Source of the DNA: Octopus bimaculoides
Lineage: Eukaryota
Direction: 5' to 3'
DNA length: 64,000 nt
Assembly (NCBI RefSeq): GCF_001194135.2
Contig: NC_068992.1
Coordinates: 52,211,287 to 52,275,286, forward strand
Positions 63,001-64,000 of the stretch are shown piece by piece. The notes under the pieces were generated by a model, which saw only the letters and a program-made list of their open reading frames with translations, did no database searches and had not been told where the DNA came from. How positions within the stretch are numbered: the first letter of the stretch is position 1; every line of letters begins with the position of its first letter. The position numbers and the translations under genes are program-made.

Positions 63001-64000
63001 GTTTTAGGATAACAATATATAATGAAACTTATGTTAATGGCAAAGGTACTATATTTGCTTGAAATTTTCATTAAAACGTATGCATTTACATTTTTGATTG
63101 AAACACAAGAATATTGTTTTCAATTTACTGTTTCATTTCTGAAAGACCCAGTTTTTGTTTATTTTTACAAAAATAATAACAAAAACATTGTCTAAACCAT
63201 TATGCTTAAAACCATATTTGTCTTATTACTTTTTCATTTAAAATGAAAAGGTGAATAGCTAATTTGATTGGGAAATAAATATTCTCCAGTAATTTCATAT
63301 AAATATTTGATTTTATATAAAACTGAACATTATTGCATTTAAACTTTTTGTCAAGAAACTATGTAAAAAGAAATAGAAACAATGATGCAAGTTTTCCTGT
63401 AATAATGAATTTTGATGAACAAATTAAAGTGATTTTTACATTATTGCTTTCTGTTGTCACAGCAACTTGATGAAAATTTAATTTAAATCTATGAACTACC
63501 TTCTTAAACAATCTTAAAATGTTTCTTTTTTTCAAGTCTCAAATATCGGAAAAATTTAATTTTAAAAATTATTTTCATGTATTACTATGCCTCTGTTGAA
63601 TTGCAGATTTTGAAATTTACTAAAGCTGCCTCAAAACTCCTAGTTTAATCAAAACATCTATGGTACATAATGTTATTTACCAATATAAACTATAGAATAT
63701 TGTTAACTCTTTTACTTTTATTATATAAATATAAGCTCTTCTTTTCATCAAATATATATGAAACAAGTGTGCCTCAATTTTTTAAATGACATTAAAAGCA
63801 AATATATACTCTGTTTGCATTTTTTAATATTTATATAAATTATTAACAATTTGAATACTTTACACCATGTTAATGACAAGATAGTTGGAATGATATGCTT
63901 ACAACAGAAAAGAAAAAGTATAAAAATGTAGTGATGATTATATCTTTTATTGCCTCGGGCATAGCTGCCAATATTCTATTATTTTAGCATTTATATTTAT

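Overview
AT-rich, microsatellite-dense eukaryotic (animal) DNA with 15 N-gaps (about 4.3 kb). The repeat families suggest a coleoid cephalopod such as Octopus (inference, not verified). No host protein-coding gene can be recognised; the window looks intronic or intergenic, with only a few splice-signal-bounded micro-exon candidates. It is a transposon graveyard. DNA elements: three mariner copies (one full-length DD34D at 59925-61202 with a 5'-UTR intron), a maT-like/Tc1 chimeric fragment, a Tc1 3' end, a hAT MITE with a perfect 8-bp TSD and TTAA-type MITEs. Retroelements: RTE and CR1-like LINE fragments and many copies of four tRNA-derived SINE families. The most notable signal is absent from the ORF track: at least four well-formed and two degenerate type I hammerhead-ribozyme motifs (best 50412-50491 +; also 57021-57069 -, 33258-33319 -, 42309-42396 -). 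All have the short near-palindromic stem III typical of Penelope-like-element ribozymes. Two sit inside long fold-back structures, one of them a 589-bp mariner-type MITE with about 255-bp arms. All structures were folded by eye; nothing was searched or tested.
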